Source of the DNA: a candidate division NC10 bacterium CSP1-5
Lineage (GTDB): Bacteria > Methylomirabilota > Methylomirabilia > Methylomirabilales > CSP1-5
Assembly (NCBI GenBank): GCA_001443495.1
Contig: LDXR01000009.1
Span: 28,875 to 92,874 of the forward strand
Direction of reading: 5' to 3'
Length of the DNA: 64,000 nt
Positions within the stretch are counted from its first letter, which is position 1, and each line of letters starts with the position of its first letter. The notes beneath the pieces are model-generated. The model saw only the letters and a program-made list of their open reading frames with translations. It ran no database searches and was not told the DNA's origin. Position numbers and translations under genes: made by a program. Of the stretch, positions 22,581 through 33,168 are shown in pieces.

Positions 22581-24308
22581 TTGAAGATCACCGGAGCTGA
22601 GATTCTGCTGAAATCTCTCGTCGAGGAGGGGGTCACTACGATCTTTGGGCATCCGGGGGGGGTGATCCTCCACGGGACTGACCCCCCCGGCGACCACCCT
22701 ATCAAGTATATCCTCTGCCGCCACGAGCAGGTGGCGACTCATGCCGCCGAGGGGTATTACAAGGCCACGGGGAGGACGGGGACGGTCATGGTCAGCTCGG
22801 GTTCCGGGGTCACGAATTGCGTGACCGCGCTGACCGATGCGCTTGTGGACTCCATGGCCATCGTGGTCCTGACGGGGCAGCTTCCGGCCGTCATGGGATG
22901 GGATGCGTCGCAAGAGGCGGATGTGGTGGGAACCGCCCGGGGCTGTACCAAGCATAGCTTCGTGGTCTTCAAGACCGAGGAGATCCCGCGGATCATCAAG
23001 GAGGCGTATTTCATCGCACGCTCTGGTCGGCCGGGCCCGGTGCTCGTCGATCTGCCCGAGGCCGTCATGGCAGATTGTGTCGCGTATACAGGGCACCCGA
23101 AATCGGTTGCCATCCGAGGGTACAACCCGCAGATGGCTGGCCACCCCGGGCAGATCAAGAGGGCGGCCGAGCTCATTGCCCAGGCCAGGCGTCCGGTCAT
23201 CTACGGAGGGGGAGGCATCATCCACGCGGACGCGTCCGAGGAGCTGCACGAACTCGTCGAGATCACCCAGATCCCTACCACCCTGACGCTCATGGGACTG
23301 GGGGCCCTCCCCACCAGCCACCCGCTCTGGCTCGGTATGCTCGGGATGCACGGACTCTACTGGGCCAACCGGTGCTTGATTGACGCCGACCTGATCGTTG
23401 CTATCGGATCCCGTTTCGATGACCGGGTCACGGGTAAGGCGTGCGATTTCGGCACGCAGTGCAAGATCATCCATGTGGACATCGACCCGACGTCGATTCA
23501 GAAGCACGTCAAGGTTGACGTCCCTATCGTCGGTGATGTGCGGTGTGTCCTTCGCGAGCTCAACAAAGAGCTCCGCAAGGTGGAGCGGAACTGGGCGAGG
23601 GATTTCGAGGAATGGCACGGACAGATCGAGGCGTGGAAAAAACAACACCCCCTCCGGTACGAACAGCGGCAGGGGGTGATCAAACCGCAGTACGCCATCG
23701 ATATGATCCTTCGCCTGACCGAGGAGTACGATCCCATCATTGCCACCGGCGTGGGCCAGCACCAGGTATGGGCGGCCCAGTTTTACCGGGGTCGCAAGCC
23801 GCGCCGCTGGCTCTCCTCGGGAGGCCTGGGGACGATGGGATACGGCTTCCCCGCCGCCCTGGGGGCCCAGGCGGCCTTCCCGAAGGGTCTGGTCCTGAAT
23901 ATCGATGGAGACGGGGGCAGCCAGGTCACCCTGTCGGAACTCTCGACCCTCGTCGACTACAAACTCCCGGTCAAGACCTTTATCATCAACAACAGATGTC
24001 TGGGGATGGTGCGGCAGTGGCATCAGCGCGTCTCCACACACCAGCCCCTGCCCGCGGGCCCGATGCATCAGCCCGACTTTGTGAAACTCGCGGAGGCCTA
24101 CGGCGCCGTGGGGATCCGGATTGAGCGGCCGGAGGACGTGAAGGCGGGGATCGAGAAGGCCATCAACACCCCGGGACCTGTCGTGGTCGATGTGGTGGTG
24201 GAGCGGGAGGAAAACTGCCTCCCGGCGATCCCGGCCGGGGCTGCCATCACCGACATCGTCAGGGCTCCAGCTCCGACCCCTGACAAGTCGTCTCAGGCAT
24301 GGCACTGA
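22581..24308 (+). CDS. ilvB: Acetolactate synthase large subunit-like protein with several altered motifs
   Basis: RHEQ, GRPGPV, GMLGMHG, RFDDRVTG, GLGTMG, GDG..NN, LGMVRQW; TTG start with AGGAG SD. Confidence 0.85.
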   Translation: MKITGAEILLKSLVEEGVTTIFGHPGGVILHGTDPPGDHPIKYILCRHEQVATHAAEGYYKATGRTGTVMVSSGSGVTNCVTALTDALVDSMAIVVLTGQLPAVMGWDASQEADVVGTARGCTKHSFVVFKTEEIPRIIKEAYFIARSGRPGPVLVDLPEAVMADCVAYTGHPKSVAIRGYNPQMAGHPGQIKRAAELIAQARRPVIYGGGGIIHADASEELHELVEITQIPTTLTLMGLGALPTSHPLWLGMLGMHGLYWANRCLIDADLIVAIGSRFDDRVTGKACDFGTQCKIIHVDIDPTSIQKHVKVDVPIVGDVRCVLRELNKELRKVERNWARDFEEWHGQIEAWKKQHPLRYEQRQGVIKPQYAIDMILRLTEEYDPIIATGVGQHQVWAAQFYRGRKPRRWLSSGGLGTMGYGFPAALGAQAAFPKGLVLNIDGDGGSQVTLSELSTLVDYKLPVKTFIINNRCLGMVRQWHQRVSTHQPLPAGPMHQPDFVKLAEAYGAVGIRIERPEDVKAGIEKAINTPGPVVVDVVVEREENCLPAIPAGAAITDIVRAPAPTPDKSSQAWH

Positions 24309-24315
24309 GGAGGGC

Positions 24316-24894
24316 ATGAAAGGGCAGATCCCCCCGCGGCGGCACATCCTGACCCTCCTGGTGGAGAACCAGGTGGGCGTCTTGGCGAGGATCGCCGGCT
24401 TGATCGCCGCCAAGGGGTATAACATCGATAGTGTCTCCGTCGGGGAGACGATGGATGCCTCGGTGTCCCGGGTCACCCTCGTGGTCCACGGGGATGACTG
24501 GGTGATGGAGCAGGTGCTCAAACAGCTCAATCGCTTGATCGAAGTCATCAAGGTCGTCGATCTGACGGAAGAAGAGTTTATCGAGCGGGAAATGATCCTC
24601 GTCCGGGTGAACGCCGATCCGCCCAACCGGGCCGAGATTTTTCGGATTGCCGACATCTTCAGGGCCAAGGTCGTCGACCTCACCCACCGAACCTACACCC
24701 TGGAGGCGACTGGAGACGAGGATAAGATCCAGGCCTTGCTCGAACTCCTGCGCCCCTTCGGGATCAAGGAGCTGGTTCGGACCGGTCTCATCGCCATCGG
24801 CAGGGTGAGTAAGACTCCGTCCAGCAAGCTGGAGCGGGTCGCGGGCGGGGACGGCGAGGAGGGTGCAAAGAAGTCCCCAGCGGTTGCCACGTAG
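24316..24894 (+). CDS. ilvN: Acetolactate synthase small subunit
   Basis: [38 protein letters not shown]. Confidence 0.93.
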   Translation: MKGQIPPRRHILTLLVENQVGVLARIAGLIAAKGYNIDSVSVGETMDASVSRVTLVVHGDDWVMEQVLKQLNRLIEVIKVVDLTEEEFIEREMILVRVNADPPNRAEIFRIADIFRAKVVDLTHRTYTLEATGDEDKIQALLELLRPFGIKELVRTGLIAIGRVSKTPSSKLERVAGGDGEEGAKKSPAVAT

Positions 24895-24914
24895 CGAAAT
24901 GCGAGGAGACACAG

Positions 24915-25916
24915 ATGGGCAAGCTCTATTACGATAAGGATGCGGATCTCTCCCTCTTGAAGGGGAAGACCATTGCCATCATTGGTTATGGGAGCCAGGG
25001 GCACGCCCATGCCCTGAATTTGAAGGATGCCGGCTTCGATGTGGTGGTGGGGCTCTACCGGGGCTCGAAATCGTGGGAGAAGGCGAAGGCGGATGGGCTC
25101 AAGGTCATGCCGGTGGACGAGGCGGCTTCGGCAGGCCACATGGTGATGATCCTCATCCCCGACCAGCATCAACGGCAGGTCTATGCGGAGTCGATCCAGC
25201 AGGGACTCACCCCCGGAAAGACCTTGATGTTCGCCCACGGCTTCAACATCCATTTCCACCAGGTCCTGCCCCCCAAGGACGTGGATGTCTCCATGGTGGC
25301 CCCAAAGGCCCCGGGTCACGTCATGCGCCAGATCTATACGGAGGGGTCCGGGGTCCCAGCCCTTGTGGCCATCCATCAGGACCGATCGGGGAAGGCGAAG
25401 GAGACGGCCCTGGCCTATGCGAAGGGTATCGGATGCACCCGGGCTGGGGTACTCGAGACGACCTTTCGAGAAGAGACCGAGACCGACCTGTTCGGGGAAC
25501 AGACGGTTCTGTGCGGCGGCCTGTCGGCCTTGATCAAAGCCGGGTATGAGACGCTGATCGAGGCGGGGTATCAACCGGAAGTCGCCTACTTTGAGTGTCT
25601 CCACGAGGTGAAGCTCATTGTAGATCTCTTTTACCAGGGCGGCCTGGCCTATATGCGGTACTCGATCAGCGACACGGCCGAGTATGGGGATTACACCCGA
25701 GGGCCTCGCATCATCAGCGACGCGGTGCGAGCCGAGATGAAGAAGATCTTGAAGGAAGTCCAAGATGGCACCTTCGCCCGGGAATGGATCCTGGAGAATC
25801 AAGCGGGCCGGCCCAGCTTTCTGGCGCTCCGGAAGAGAGATGCCGAGCATCCGATTGAGGTCATAGGGAAGGAGCTACGCGCCATGATGAGCTGGATCAA
25901 AGGAGGGCCACGGTAA
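24915..25916 (+). CDS. ilvC: Ketol-acid reductoisomerase
   Basis: [33 protein letters not shown]. Confidence 0.98.
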   Translation: MGKLYYDKDADLSLLKGKTIAIIGYGSQGHAHALNLKDAGFDVVVGLYRGSKSWEKAKADGLKVMPVDEAASAGHMVMILIPDQHQRQVYAESIQQGLTPGKTLMFAHGFNIHFHQVLPPKDVDVSMVAPKAPGHVMRQIYTEGSGVPALVAIHQDRSGKAKETALAYAKGIGCTRAGVLETTFREETETDLFGEQTVLCGGLSALIKAGYETLIEAGYQPEVAYFECLHEVKLIVDLFYQGGLAYMRYSISDTAEYGDYTRGPRIISDAVRAEMKKILKEVQDGTFAREWILENQAGRPSFLALRKRDAEHPIEVIGKELRAMMSWIKGGPR

Positions 25917-25950
25917 TCCCTCGCACCTGGTGTGTCCTCTTGGTCACCCC

Positions 25951-25982
25951 ATGCCTCCGGGCGTCCGGAGGCATTTTCGTTT
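25951..25982 (+). terminator. Rho-independent terminator after ilvC
   Basis: ATGCCTCCGG-gcgt-CCGGAGGCAT followed by TTTCGTTT. Confidence 0.75.
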
Positions 25983-26123
25983 GCCGTGTCCTTGACCGAT
26001 CGCGCAAGAGGTTGGCTTGACATCCATTTTTTCGCCATGGTAGAAGTCGTTCGGTTCCTCAGGATCGACGGGAAAGAACCGGGTTGGCCCCCGGCTGACT
26101 TCACGCACCCCTCCAGTCATCCG

Positions 26124-26471
26124 ATGAAAGGGAGAGTCAGGATCGGTGGCCTGCTCCTCCTACTTTTCCTGGCTCTCGCGGTCACCCTAGGCGTCCAGGC
26201 GCTCACCGCGTACGCCGATTATCTGGCGCTTGCCGAGACGGTCCGCCTGGTGGTTCAGGACATCAGCCTCGGCCCCCAGCGCGTGGAGGAAGGAGCACAA
26301 CGGATCCTGGCAAAAGCCCGGGAGTTGCAACTGCCACTCTCGGAGCGTGAGGTCGTCGTGCAGGCGGAGTCCGGCAAGGTCTCGGCCAGAGTCAGGTGGC
26401 AACAGTCGATCGGCCTCTGGGGGTACACGATCCCCCTGACATTCGAGATCAACGAGTCAAGATCGCTGTAA
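26124..26471 (+). CDS. Small membrane-anchored protein (DUF4845/pilin-like architecture)
   Basis: N-terminal hydrophobic helix then small alpha/beta region; stop overlaps the miaA ATG. Confidence 0.6.
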   Translation: MKGRVRIGGLLLLLFLALAVTLGVQALTAYADYLALAETVRLVVQDISLGPQRVEEGAQRILAKARELQLPLSEREVVVQAESGKVSARVRWQQSIGLWGYTIPLTFEINESRSL

Positions 26472-27502
26472 TGGGTGACCGGATGATGCTTTCCGTAGAT
26501 GCTATCCCGGTTCTCCAGGCGGCCACGCCTGCATCGGCCTCCCCGGAGCCGTCTCCCCTCTTTATCGGCCTGGTCGGTCCAACGGCGGTCGGGAAGACAG
26601 CTATCGCTGTGGAACTGGCGAAGGCGATGGGAGGGGAGATTGTGGCCCTCGATTCCATGCAGGTCTACCGTTATCTGGACATCGGGACCGCCAAGCCGAC
26701 ACCGGAAGCCCAAAAGGGAATCCCTCACTACCTCATCGATGTGGTGGATCCGTGGGACCCCTTTACGGCCATCGACTACGCTCTCTTGGCCCGCCAGGTG
26801 CTGAAAGAGATTCATGCCCGAGGCCGGTTGCCTCTTGTGGTGGGCGGCTCGGGCCTCTATCTCCGGGCGCTGTGCGGAGAGATCTTCAATGGCCCAGGGG
26901 AGGTCACAGGCATCCGGACGCGTCTCGCACAGGAGATGAAAAGGGGCGGGCCGGCCCTGTTGCACGCCCGCCTCACGCATCTCGATCCGGCCATCGCGGG
27001 GAAAATCCATCCGAAGGACGCCTTCCGCCTCATTCGAGCCCTGGAGATCATCGAGATCACCGGCAGGCGCGTATCGGAACTCTGGGAAACCCACCGCCAG
27101 AGGCTGGTGCGACCTTCCATCCTCCTCCTCGGGCTTCGAAGGGAGCGGACGGCGCTGTACCACCGGATCAACGACCGCGTGGATCGGATGGGTGCCTCGG
27201 GTCTGGTGGAGGAGGTCGATCGGCTGTTGAAGGCGGGCTATCCTCCACACCTCAAGCCGCTTCGCAGTCACAACTACCGCCACATGGTTGCCTATCTTCT
27301 CGGTCAACAGGGCTGGGAGGAGGCAGTCCGGCGGACAAAACAGGAGACACGTCATTACGCCAAGCGGCAGATGACGTGGTTCCGGAGCGAAGACGAGATC
27401 ACATGGTTCGACGTAACGGACAACGACCCGGATAGGATCACAGAACTTCTGATCGAGCACATCCAACGGCGGCGAGCGCGGCATGGAACAGCTAACGATT
27501 AG
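26471..27502 (+). CDS. miaA: tRNA dimethylallyltransferase
   Basis: GPTAVGKT, DSMQVY, DIGTAKP, GGSGLY, YAKRQMTWF. Confidence 0.96.
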   Translation: MGDRMMLSVDAIPVLQAATPASASPEPSPLFIGLVGPTAVGKTAIAVELAKAMGGEIVALDSMQVYRYLDIGTAKPTPEAQKGIPHYLIDVVDPWDPFTAIDYALLARQVLKEIHARGRLPLVVGGSGLYLRALCGEIFNGPGEVTGIRTRLAQEMKRGGPALLHARLTHLDPAIAGKIHPKDAFRLIRALEIIEITGRRVSELWETHRQRLVRPSILLLGLRRERTALYHRINDRVDRMGASGLVEEVDRLLKAGYPPHLKPLRSHNYRHMVAYLLGQQGWEEAVRRTKQETRHYAKRQMTWFRSEDEITWFDVTDNDPDRITELLIEHIQRRRARHGTAND

Positions 27503-28796
27503 GGGAGGGGCCCGCGGGCCTCAAGGATCGATGACGGTCCCGGGTGATAAGTCGATCTCCCACCGTGCCATCATCCTGGGTGCCTTGGCAGAAGGGGTCA
27601 CCGAGGTCTCAGGATGTCTCAGGTCGGAGGACTGCCAGCGCACCCTGGGCGCGTTCCGGGCCCTGGGAGTGGAAGCCGAGGGATGGGAAGGAGATATTCT
27701 CCGGATTTACGGAAAGGGACTTCGCGGACTCCGAGAGGCGGCGGATACCCTGAACTGTGGCAACTCCGGTACCACGATCCGCCTCCTGGCGGGCGTGCTG
27801 GCGGGGCAGCCTTTCCTCTCCCTCCTGACTGGGGACGCGTCGCTGAGGCGCCGGCCCATGGATCGGATCATCCACCCCCTCACCCAGATGGGTGCGGAGA
27901 TCTGGGGTCGGGCTCGCGATACGCTCCCCCCCTTGGCGGTCCGGGGGGGGAGCCTTCACGGGGTGACGTACCGCTGTCCGGTGCCGTCGGCCCAGGTGAA
28001 ATCCGCAATCCTCCTGGCGGGCCTCTTTGCCGAGGGACCGACGACCGTCATCGAGCCGGCAGCCTCGCGGGATCATACCGAGCGCATGCTCACGGCCTAC
28101 GGGCAGCGGGTGGAGCGGAGCGAGCAGGAGGTGACGCTCATCCCCGCAGGGACCCTTCAGGCCACCCCTATTTCGGTTCCGGGAGATTTCTCGTCGGCCG
28201 CCTTTTTGCTCGTGGCCGGCCTCATCCTTCCCGATTCCGACCTCACCATCGAAGGGGTTGGAGTGAATCCCACCCGCACGGGTCTCTTGGACGTTCTCCA
28301 GGCGATGGGGGCGAAGGTGCAGGTCTTTCCGGTAGACGCAGAGACCGGAGAGCCGCGCGCCCATCTCAGGGTCCGCGCGAGCCGCCTCCAGGGGGTCAGC
28401 ATCGGGGGGGACCTGATTCCCCGCCTGATTGATGAGATCCCGGTCCTGGCGGTGGCCGCCGCGTGCGCCGAGGGAAAGACGGTCATCCGGGACGCCGCGG
28501 AGCTCCGGGTGAAGGAATCGGATCGGATCCGGACTATTGCCGCCGAGCTGAGTCGCATGGGGGTTCGTACGGAAGAGCTCCCGGATGGGCTCATCATCCA
28601 TGGGGGGCGCCGCCTTCAGGGGGCTCGGTGCGAAGGCCACGGGGACCACCGGGTGGCCATGGCACTGACCGTAGCAGGGCTTCAAGCCGAGGGGCAGACG
28701 ATAGTGCGGGACACGGCATGTATCCGTACCTCATTTCCCGGTTTTGTGGAGACGCTGGAGCATCTATTTCCCAACGTCCTGGAGCGGCGGGGATGA
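27483..28796 (+). CDS. aroA: EPSP synthase
   Basis: PGDKSISHR, GNSGTT, SAQVKSA, RVKESDRI, DHRVAM. Confidence 0.98.
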   Translation: MEQLTIRGGARGPQGSMTVPGDKSISHRAIILGALAEGVTEVSGCLRSEDCQRTLGAFRALGVEAEGWEGDILRIYGKGLRGLREAADTLNCGNSGTTIRLLAGVLAGQPFLSLLTGDASLRRRPMDRIIHPLTQMGAEIWGRARDTLPPLAVRGGSLHGVTYRCPVPSAQVKSAILLAGLFAEGPTTVIEPAASRDHTERMLTAYGQRVERSEQEVTLIPAGTLQATPISVPGDFSSAAFLLVAGLILPDSDLTIEGVGVNPTRTGLLDVLQAMGAKVQVFPVDAETGEPRAHLRVRASRLQGVSIGGDLIPRLIDEIPVLAVAAACAEGKTVIRDAAELRVKESDRIRTIAAELSRMGVRTEELPDGLIIHGGRRLQGARCEGHGDHRVAMALTVAGLQAEGQTIVRDTACIRTSFPGFVETLEHLFPNVLERRG

Positions 28797-29494
28797 GCCG
28801 GCTGCCGCGCGACCTCATCATTGCCGTCGATGGACCGGTGGCCGCCGGGAAGACCACGGCGGCGCGGCTTCTGGCTCGGCGACTCGGCTATTGCCACATC
28901 GAGAGCGGGGCGATGTACCGGGCGCTGGCCTGGAAGGGGCTCAAGCAGGGAATCGATCTATCGGACCCGGTGGCCCTCGTGAATCTCCTGTCCCAGACCA
29001 CGCTGGAACTTCGACCGAGCGCTGAGGGGTTTGTGGTTCTGGTCGATGGGAAGGACATGACCGATGCGCTCCGCTCACCCAAGATGCAGGCCGCTGCCTC
29101 TGTCCTGTCTGTCCATGCCAGTGTGCGAGAGAAGCTGGTGGAGAGGCAGCGGGAGCTGGGGGCTCGGGGAGGGGTAGTGATGGATGGCCGCGACATCGGA
29201 ACGGTGGTCTTCCCCGATGCCGCCATGAAATTCTACCTCACCGCCGCCCTGGACGAGCGAGGTCGCCGCCGCTTTCGGGAATCCCCCCAGGAGCTTGGGA
29301 CCATCGAGACGACCCTGGAGGAGGTGGCCAAACGAGATCGGCGGGACACGGAGCGGGTGGCCTCACCGCTCAAGCCGGCACCCAACGCCATCCTCATCGA
29401 TACCACGCTGCTCGACCCGGAAGAGGTGGTGAGGCGGATGGAGGCCGAGATCCATCGGAAATTCAAGAACTCACACGATATTTCGCTTGCGTGA
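28793..29494 (+). CDS. cmk: Cytidylate kinase
   Basis: DGPVAAGKTT, GAMYR, DGRDIGTVVFPDA; ATGA overlap with aroA. Confidence 0.96.
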   Translation: MSRLPRDLIIAVDGPVAAGKTTAARLLARRLGYCHIESGAMYRALAWKGLKQGIDLSDPVALVNLLSQTTLELRPSAEGFVVLVDGKDMTDALRSPKMQAAASVLSVHASVREKLVERQRELGARGGVVMDGRDIGTVVFPDAAMKFYLTAALDERGRRRFRESPQELGTIETTLEEVAKRDRRDTERVASPLKPAPNAILIDTTLLDPEEVVRRMEAEIHRKFKNSHDISLA

Positions 29495-29544
29495 TCGGTA
29501 CAAGATGGTTAAAATAAAGGGCTTTAAACCGTGTAAGGAGGTCT

Positions 29545-30177
29545 GTGCGCGTGTGGTACCGGGCACTGCAAATTTTCCTCCCCCGGATCATGCCGCTCTT
29601 CCATTTCCGCGTGGTAGGGAAGGAGGAGGTCCCCATTACGGAAGGCGTGATTCTGGCTGCCAATCACGTGAGCTACGTCGACCCTCTGTTCATTGGCGTG
29701 GCCTTCGTGGAGAGACAGCTCCACTTCCTCGCCAAGGAAGAACTCTTCCGGTCCCCTTTGTTTGGGTCGCTCATCCGAGGCCTTCACGCCTTTCCCGTGC
29801 GCAGAGGCCAAGGGGACCGCGGGGCGATCAGGCAGTGTTTACGCCTCCTCGCGGAGGGAGAGATGCTCCTCATGTTTCCCGAAGGGACCCGTGGGGATGG
29901 GATGGCTCTGCTGGAGGCGGAGGGGGGGATTGGATTTCTGGCGGCACGCTCCGGCTGTCCGGTGGTCCCCGTATACGTGCAGGGCACCGACCACGTCCTG
30001 CCGCGCGGGAAACGGATCCCCAGGTTGCGTCCCGTAACGGTCTACTTCGGTCGGCCGCTCAGGCTGGCGGCGGAGACCAACCGCAAGGAGTCCCGGTGGA
30101 GCTACCGTCAGCTGAGTGAACAGGTGATGAAAGAGATTGGCGCATTGAGGGTGCGGGCCCATTCTTCGGCATCGTAA
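29545..30177 (+). CDS. plsC: 1-acyl-sn-glycerol-3-phosphate acyltransferase
   Basis: NHVSYVD, AKEELF, FPEGTR. Confidence 0.9.
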   Translation: MRVWYRALQIFLPRIMPLFHFRVVGKEEVPITEGVILAANHVSYVDPLFIGVAFVERQLHFLAKEELFRSPLFGSLIRGLHAFPVRRGQGDRGAIRQCLRLLAEGEMLLMFPEGTRGDGMALLEAEGGIGFLAARSGCPVVPVYVQGTDHVLPRGKRIPRLRPVTVYFGRPLRLAAETNRKESRWSYRQLSEQVMKEIGALRVRAHSSAS

Positions 30178-30220
30178 GACTTTATCTCCATAAGATCTTC
30201 GCCAGGAGGAACAACCGGGG

Positions 30221-31897
30221 ATGAATATGAGGGAGAGACAACCCGACGCTCGAGAGGGACGAGGAGATCGGACCGCGGCCAAAGACACGGAGGGGCGAAA
30301 ACCGACCGTCACCATGCAGGAGATCTACGACCAGACCTTCAAAGACATCCTCGAAGGAGAGATCGTGAGGGGGAAGGTCATCGAGATCGGGGCCGATTCG
30401 GTCATGATTGACATCGGCTACAAGTCCGAGGGCAGCGTCCCCGCCAAGGAGTTCCTGAACCCCCAGGGCCAACTGACGGTCCACGTCGGGGATGTTGTGG
30501 ACGTGTACCTCGAATCCAAGGAGGACAGCGAGGGGCTCGTCGTCCTGAGCCGAGAAAAGGCAGAGAAGATCAAGGTGTGGGATGAGATCAGCAAGGTCCA
30601 TGAAAAAGGTGGGGTCGTACAGGGGACCATTGTCGGGAAGACGAAAGGGGGACTCATCGTGGACATCGGGGTCCGGGCATTCCTCCCCGGCTCCCAGGTC
30701 GACCTGCGGCCCGTCCGGGACCTCGACCGCGTGATCGGCAAGACGTTCCCGATGAAGATCATCAAGCTGAACCAGCGACGGGGCAACATCGTGCTCTCCC
30801 GGAGAGAACTGCTGGAAGAGGAGCGCAAGGGGCTCAAGGAGAAGACCCTCGCCACGCTGGTAGAAGGGAAGGTCCTCAGGGGGAAGGTCAAGAACATCAC
30901 CGAATACGGAGCCTTCATCGATCTCGGCGGGCTCGACGGTCTCTTACACATCACCGACATGTCGTGGGGACGGATCGGACATCCCTCGGAGCTTTTTGCG
31001 GTGGGGGGCGAGGTCGAGGTGGTGGTCCTCAAGTTCGACCGCCAGACGGAACGGGTCTCGCTCGGGTATAAACAGCGTCTCCCGGACCCCTGGGAAAGCG
31101 TCACCCAGAAGTTTCCGCCGGCGACGAAGGTCAAGGGAAAGGTGGTCTCGATCACCGATTACGGGGCATTCGTCGAGCTCGAACCGGGGACAGAAGGCCT
31201 CGTCCACATCTCGGAGATGTCCTGGACCCAGCGGGTCAAGCACCCGTCGAAAGTGGTGACCGTGGGCGATGTGGTCGAGGTTGTCGTCCTCGATATCGAT
31301 CAGTCGGCTCGGCGCATCTCGCTCGGGATGAAGCAGGCGGAACCCAATCCGTGGGACGCCTTGGAACAACGGTATCCCGTAGGAACCCGCGTGGAGGGAA
31401 AGGTCCGAAACCTCGTTGACTTCGGCGCCTTCGTCGAACTGGAAGATGGGATCGACGGGCTCATCCACGTCTCGGACATATCATGGACCAAGCGGGTCAA
31501 GCATCCTTCGGATATCCTGAAAAAAGGGGACCGCGTCGAGGCCATCGTGCTCCATGTAGACAAGGCAGCTCGTCGCATCTCTCTGGGGCTCAAGCAGACC
31601 CATCCCGATCCCTGGAAGACCATTGTCCCGGAGCGATACCGGGTCGGCATGGATGTCACGGGAAAGGTGGTTCGGATTACCGATTTCGGGGCCTTCGTTG
31701 AGCTTCCCGACGGTATCGAGGGGCTGCTCCACGTCTCCGAGCTGTCCGAGGGACGCGTGAACCGACCGGAGGACGTGATCAAGGTCGGCGAGGAATTGAC
31801 ATTGAAGATCATCAAGCTGGACACGGATGATCGCAAACTGGGACTGAGTCTCCGGGCTTACCAGGAGGCCGCTCGGGAACAGGGGGGAGGGGAGTAG
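30221..31897 (+). CDS. rpsA: 30S ribosomal protein S1
   Basis: Six S1 repeats (AFLPGSQVD, YGAF, GLLHI); exact start uncertain. Confidence 0.97.
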   Translation: MNMRERQPDAREGRGDRTAAKDTEGRKPTVTMQEIYDQTFKDILEGEIVRGKVIEIGADSVMIDIGYKSEGSVPAKEFLNPQGQLTVHVGDVVDVYLESKEDSEGLVVLSREKAEKIKVWDEISKVHEKGGVVQGTIVGKTKGGLIVDIGVRAFLPGSQVDLRPVRDLDRVIGKTFPMKIIKLNQRRGNIVLSRRELLEEERKGLKEKTLATLVEGKVLRGKVKNITEYGAFIDLGGLDGLLHITDMSWGRIGHPSELFAVGGEVEVVVLKFDRQTERVSLGYKQRLPDPWESVTQKFPPATKVKGKVVSITDYGAFVELEPGTEGLVHISEMSWTQRVKHPSKVVTVGDVVEVVVLDIDQSARRISLGMKQAEPNPWDALEQRYPVGTRVEGKVRNLVDFGAFVELEDGIDGLIHVSDISWTKRVKHPSDILKKGDRVEAIVLHVDKAARRISLGLKQTHPDPWKTIVPERYRVGMDVTGKVVRITDFGAFVELPDGIEGLLHVSELSEGRVNRPEDVIKVGEELTLKIIKLDTDDRKLGLSLRAYQEAAREQGGGE

Positions 31898-31900
31898 CCC

Positions 31901-32803
31901 ATGCGTGCGGAGTGGAAGCGTCCCTTCATCCGCGCCATGATCGTTACGGGTGGGATCGGACTCGCCTTCTTCCTCTTGATCTTCGGGGCAGCGTTCTTGC
32001 TGGGGAACTGGGAACAGTTCGGGGGCCCCAAGGTCGCTCTGCTGGAAGTCGATGGCATCATCTCCGAACCGGAGGGGATCGTCGAGCAGATTCGGCACCA
32101 TTTGGAGAATCGGACGGTTCAGGCCTTCGTCATCCGCATCAATAGCCCGGGAGGAGGTGTCGCGGCTTCACAGGAGATCTATCAGGAGATCAAGAAGATC
32201 CGCCAGGTCCACTCCAAGCCGGTGGTCGCCTCTCTCTCGACTGTCGGGGCATCGGGAGGCTACTATATCGCTGCGGCGGCGGACAAGATCGTGGCCAATC
32301 CCGGAAGCATTACGGGGAGCATCGGGGTCATCATCCAGATCCCCAACATCTCGGACCTGCTGCAGAAGGTGGGGATTCGATCGGTCGTGATCAAGAGCGG
32401 GCCGTATAAGGATATGGCATCGGCGACGCGAGACCTGTCTCGCGAAGAGCAACAGTTGCTCCAGCGTCTGATCGACGACATCCACGATCAGTTCATCGAG
32501 GCGGTGGTCGAAGGGCGCCACCTCTCGCGGCAGCAGGTCGAGAAGGTCGCCGACGGTCGGATCCTGACCGGCCGCCAGGCCCTGGAGATGGGTCTGGTGG
32601 ATCAGCTCGGGAACCTCGAGGACGCCATCGACACCGCAGCACGAATGGGCGGCATCCCGGGCAAGCCACGGATCGTGCAGGTGAAGCCGCGTGAATTCTC
32701 CCTCCTCCGGCTATTGTTTGGAAGCACTGCCACGGGGTGGCCGCAGAAGCTTCTGGGGGGTGAGGGAGGACAGTATTCGGTTGATTACCTGTGGCAGTGG
32801 TGA
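31901..32803 (+). CDS. sppA: Signal peptide peptidase SppA (short form)
   Basis: RINSPGG, ASGGYY, TGSIGV. Confidence 0.93.
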   Translation: MRAEWKRPFIRAMIVTGGIGLAFFLLIFGAAFLLGNWEQFGGPKVALLEVDGIISEPEGIVEQIRHHLENRTVQAFVIRINSPGGGVAASQEIYQEIKKIRQVHSKPVVASLSTVGASGGYYIAAAADKIVANPGSITGSIGVIIQIPNISDLLQKVGIRSVVIKSGPYKDMASATRDLSREEQQLLQRLIDDIHDQFIEAVVEGRHLSRQQVEKVADGRILTGRQALEMGLVDQLGNLEDAIDTAARMGGIPGKPRIVQVKPREFSLLRLLFGSTATGWPQKLLGGEGGQYSVDYLWQW

Positions 32804-32829
32804 AACCCGGTGGAGAGCGGAGGGGAGCG

Positions 32830-33111
32830 ATGACCAAAGCAGACCTGGTGGAGAAAATCGCTGCGACGGTCAATTTGACGAAAAAGGAGACCGAGGTTGT
32901 CATTGATACCATCTTCGAAGGCATCGCTAAGGCGCTGGCATCGAACCAGGACGGCAAGGTTGAGCTTCGGGGCTTCGGGAGCTTTCGGGTTCGCCGCCGC
33001 GGGGGCCGCCAGGGTCGGAATCCCCAGAGTGGTGCGACAGTCAATGTCCCCCCCAAGAAGGTTCCCTACTTCAAGCCCGGAAAGGAGCTGAAGGCCCTCA
33101 TCGACAGGTAA
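32830..33111 (+). CDS. ihfB: Integration host factor beta / HU family
   Basis: MTKADL, VELRGFGSF, GRNPQSG, PYFKPGKELK; position after rpsA-sppA. Confidence 0.85.
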   Translation: MTKADLVEKIAATVNLTKKETEVVIDTIFEGIAKALASNQDGKVELRGFGSFRVRRRGGRQGRNPQSGATVNVPPKKVPYFKPGKELKALIDR

Positions 33112-33168
33112 TCCCTCTTCACGTAGGAAGGCCCTTCCGTTCAGACCTGTCTGGCAGGCCGTCAGTTC

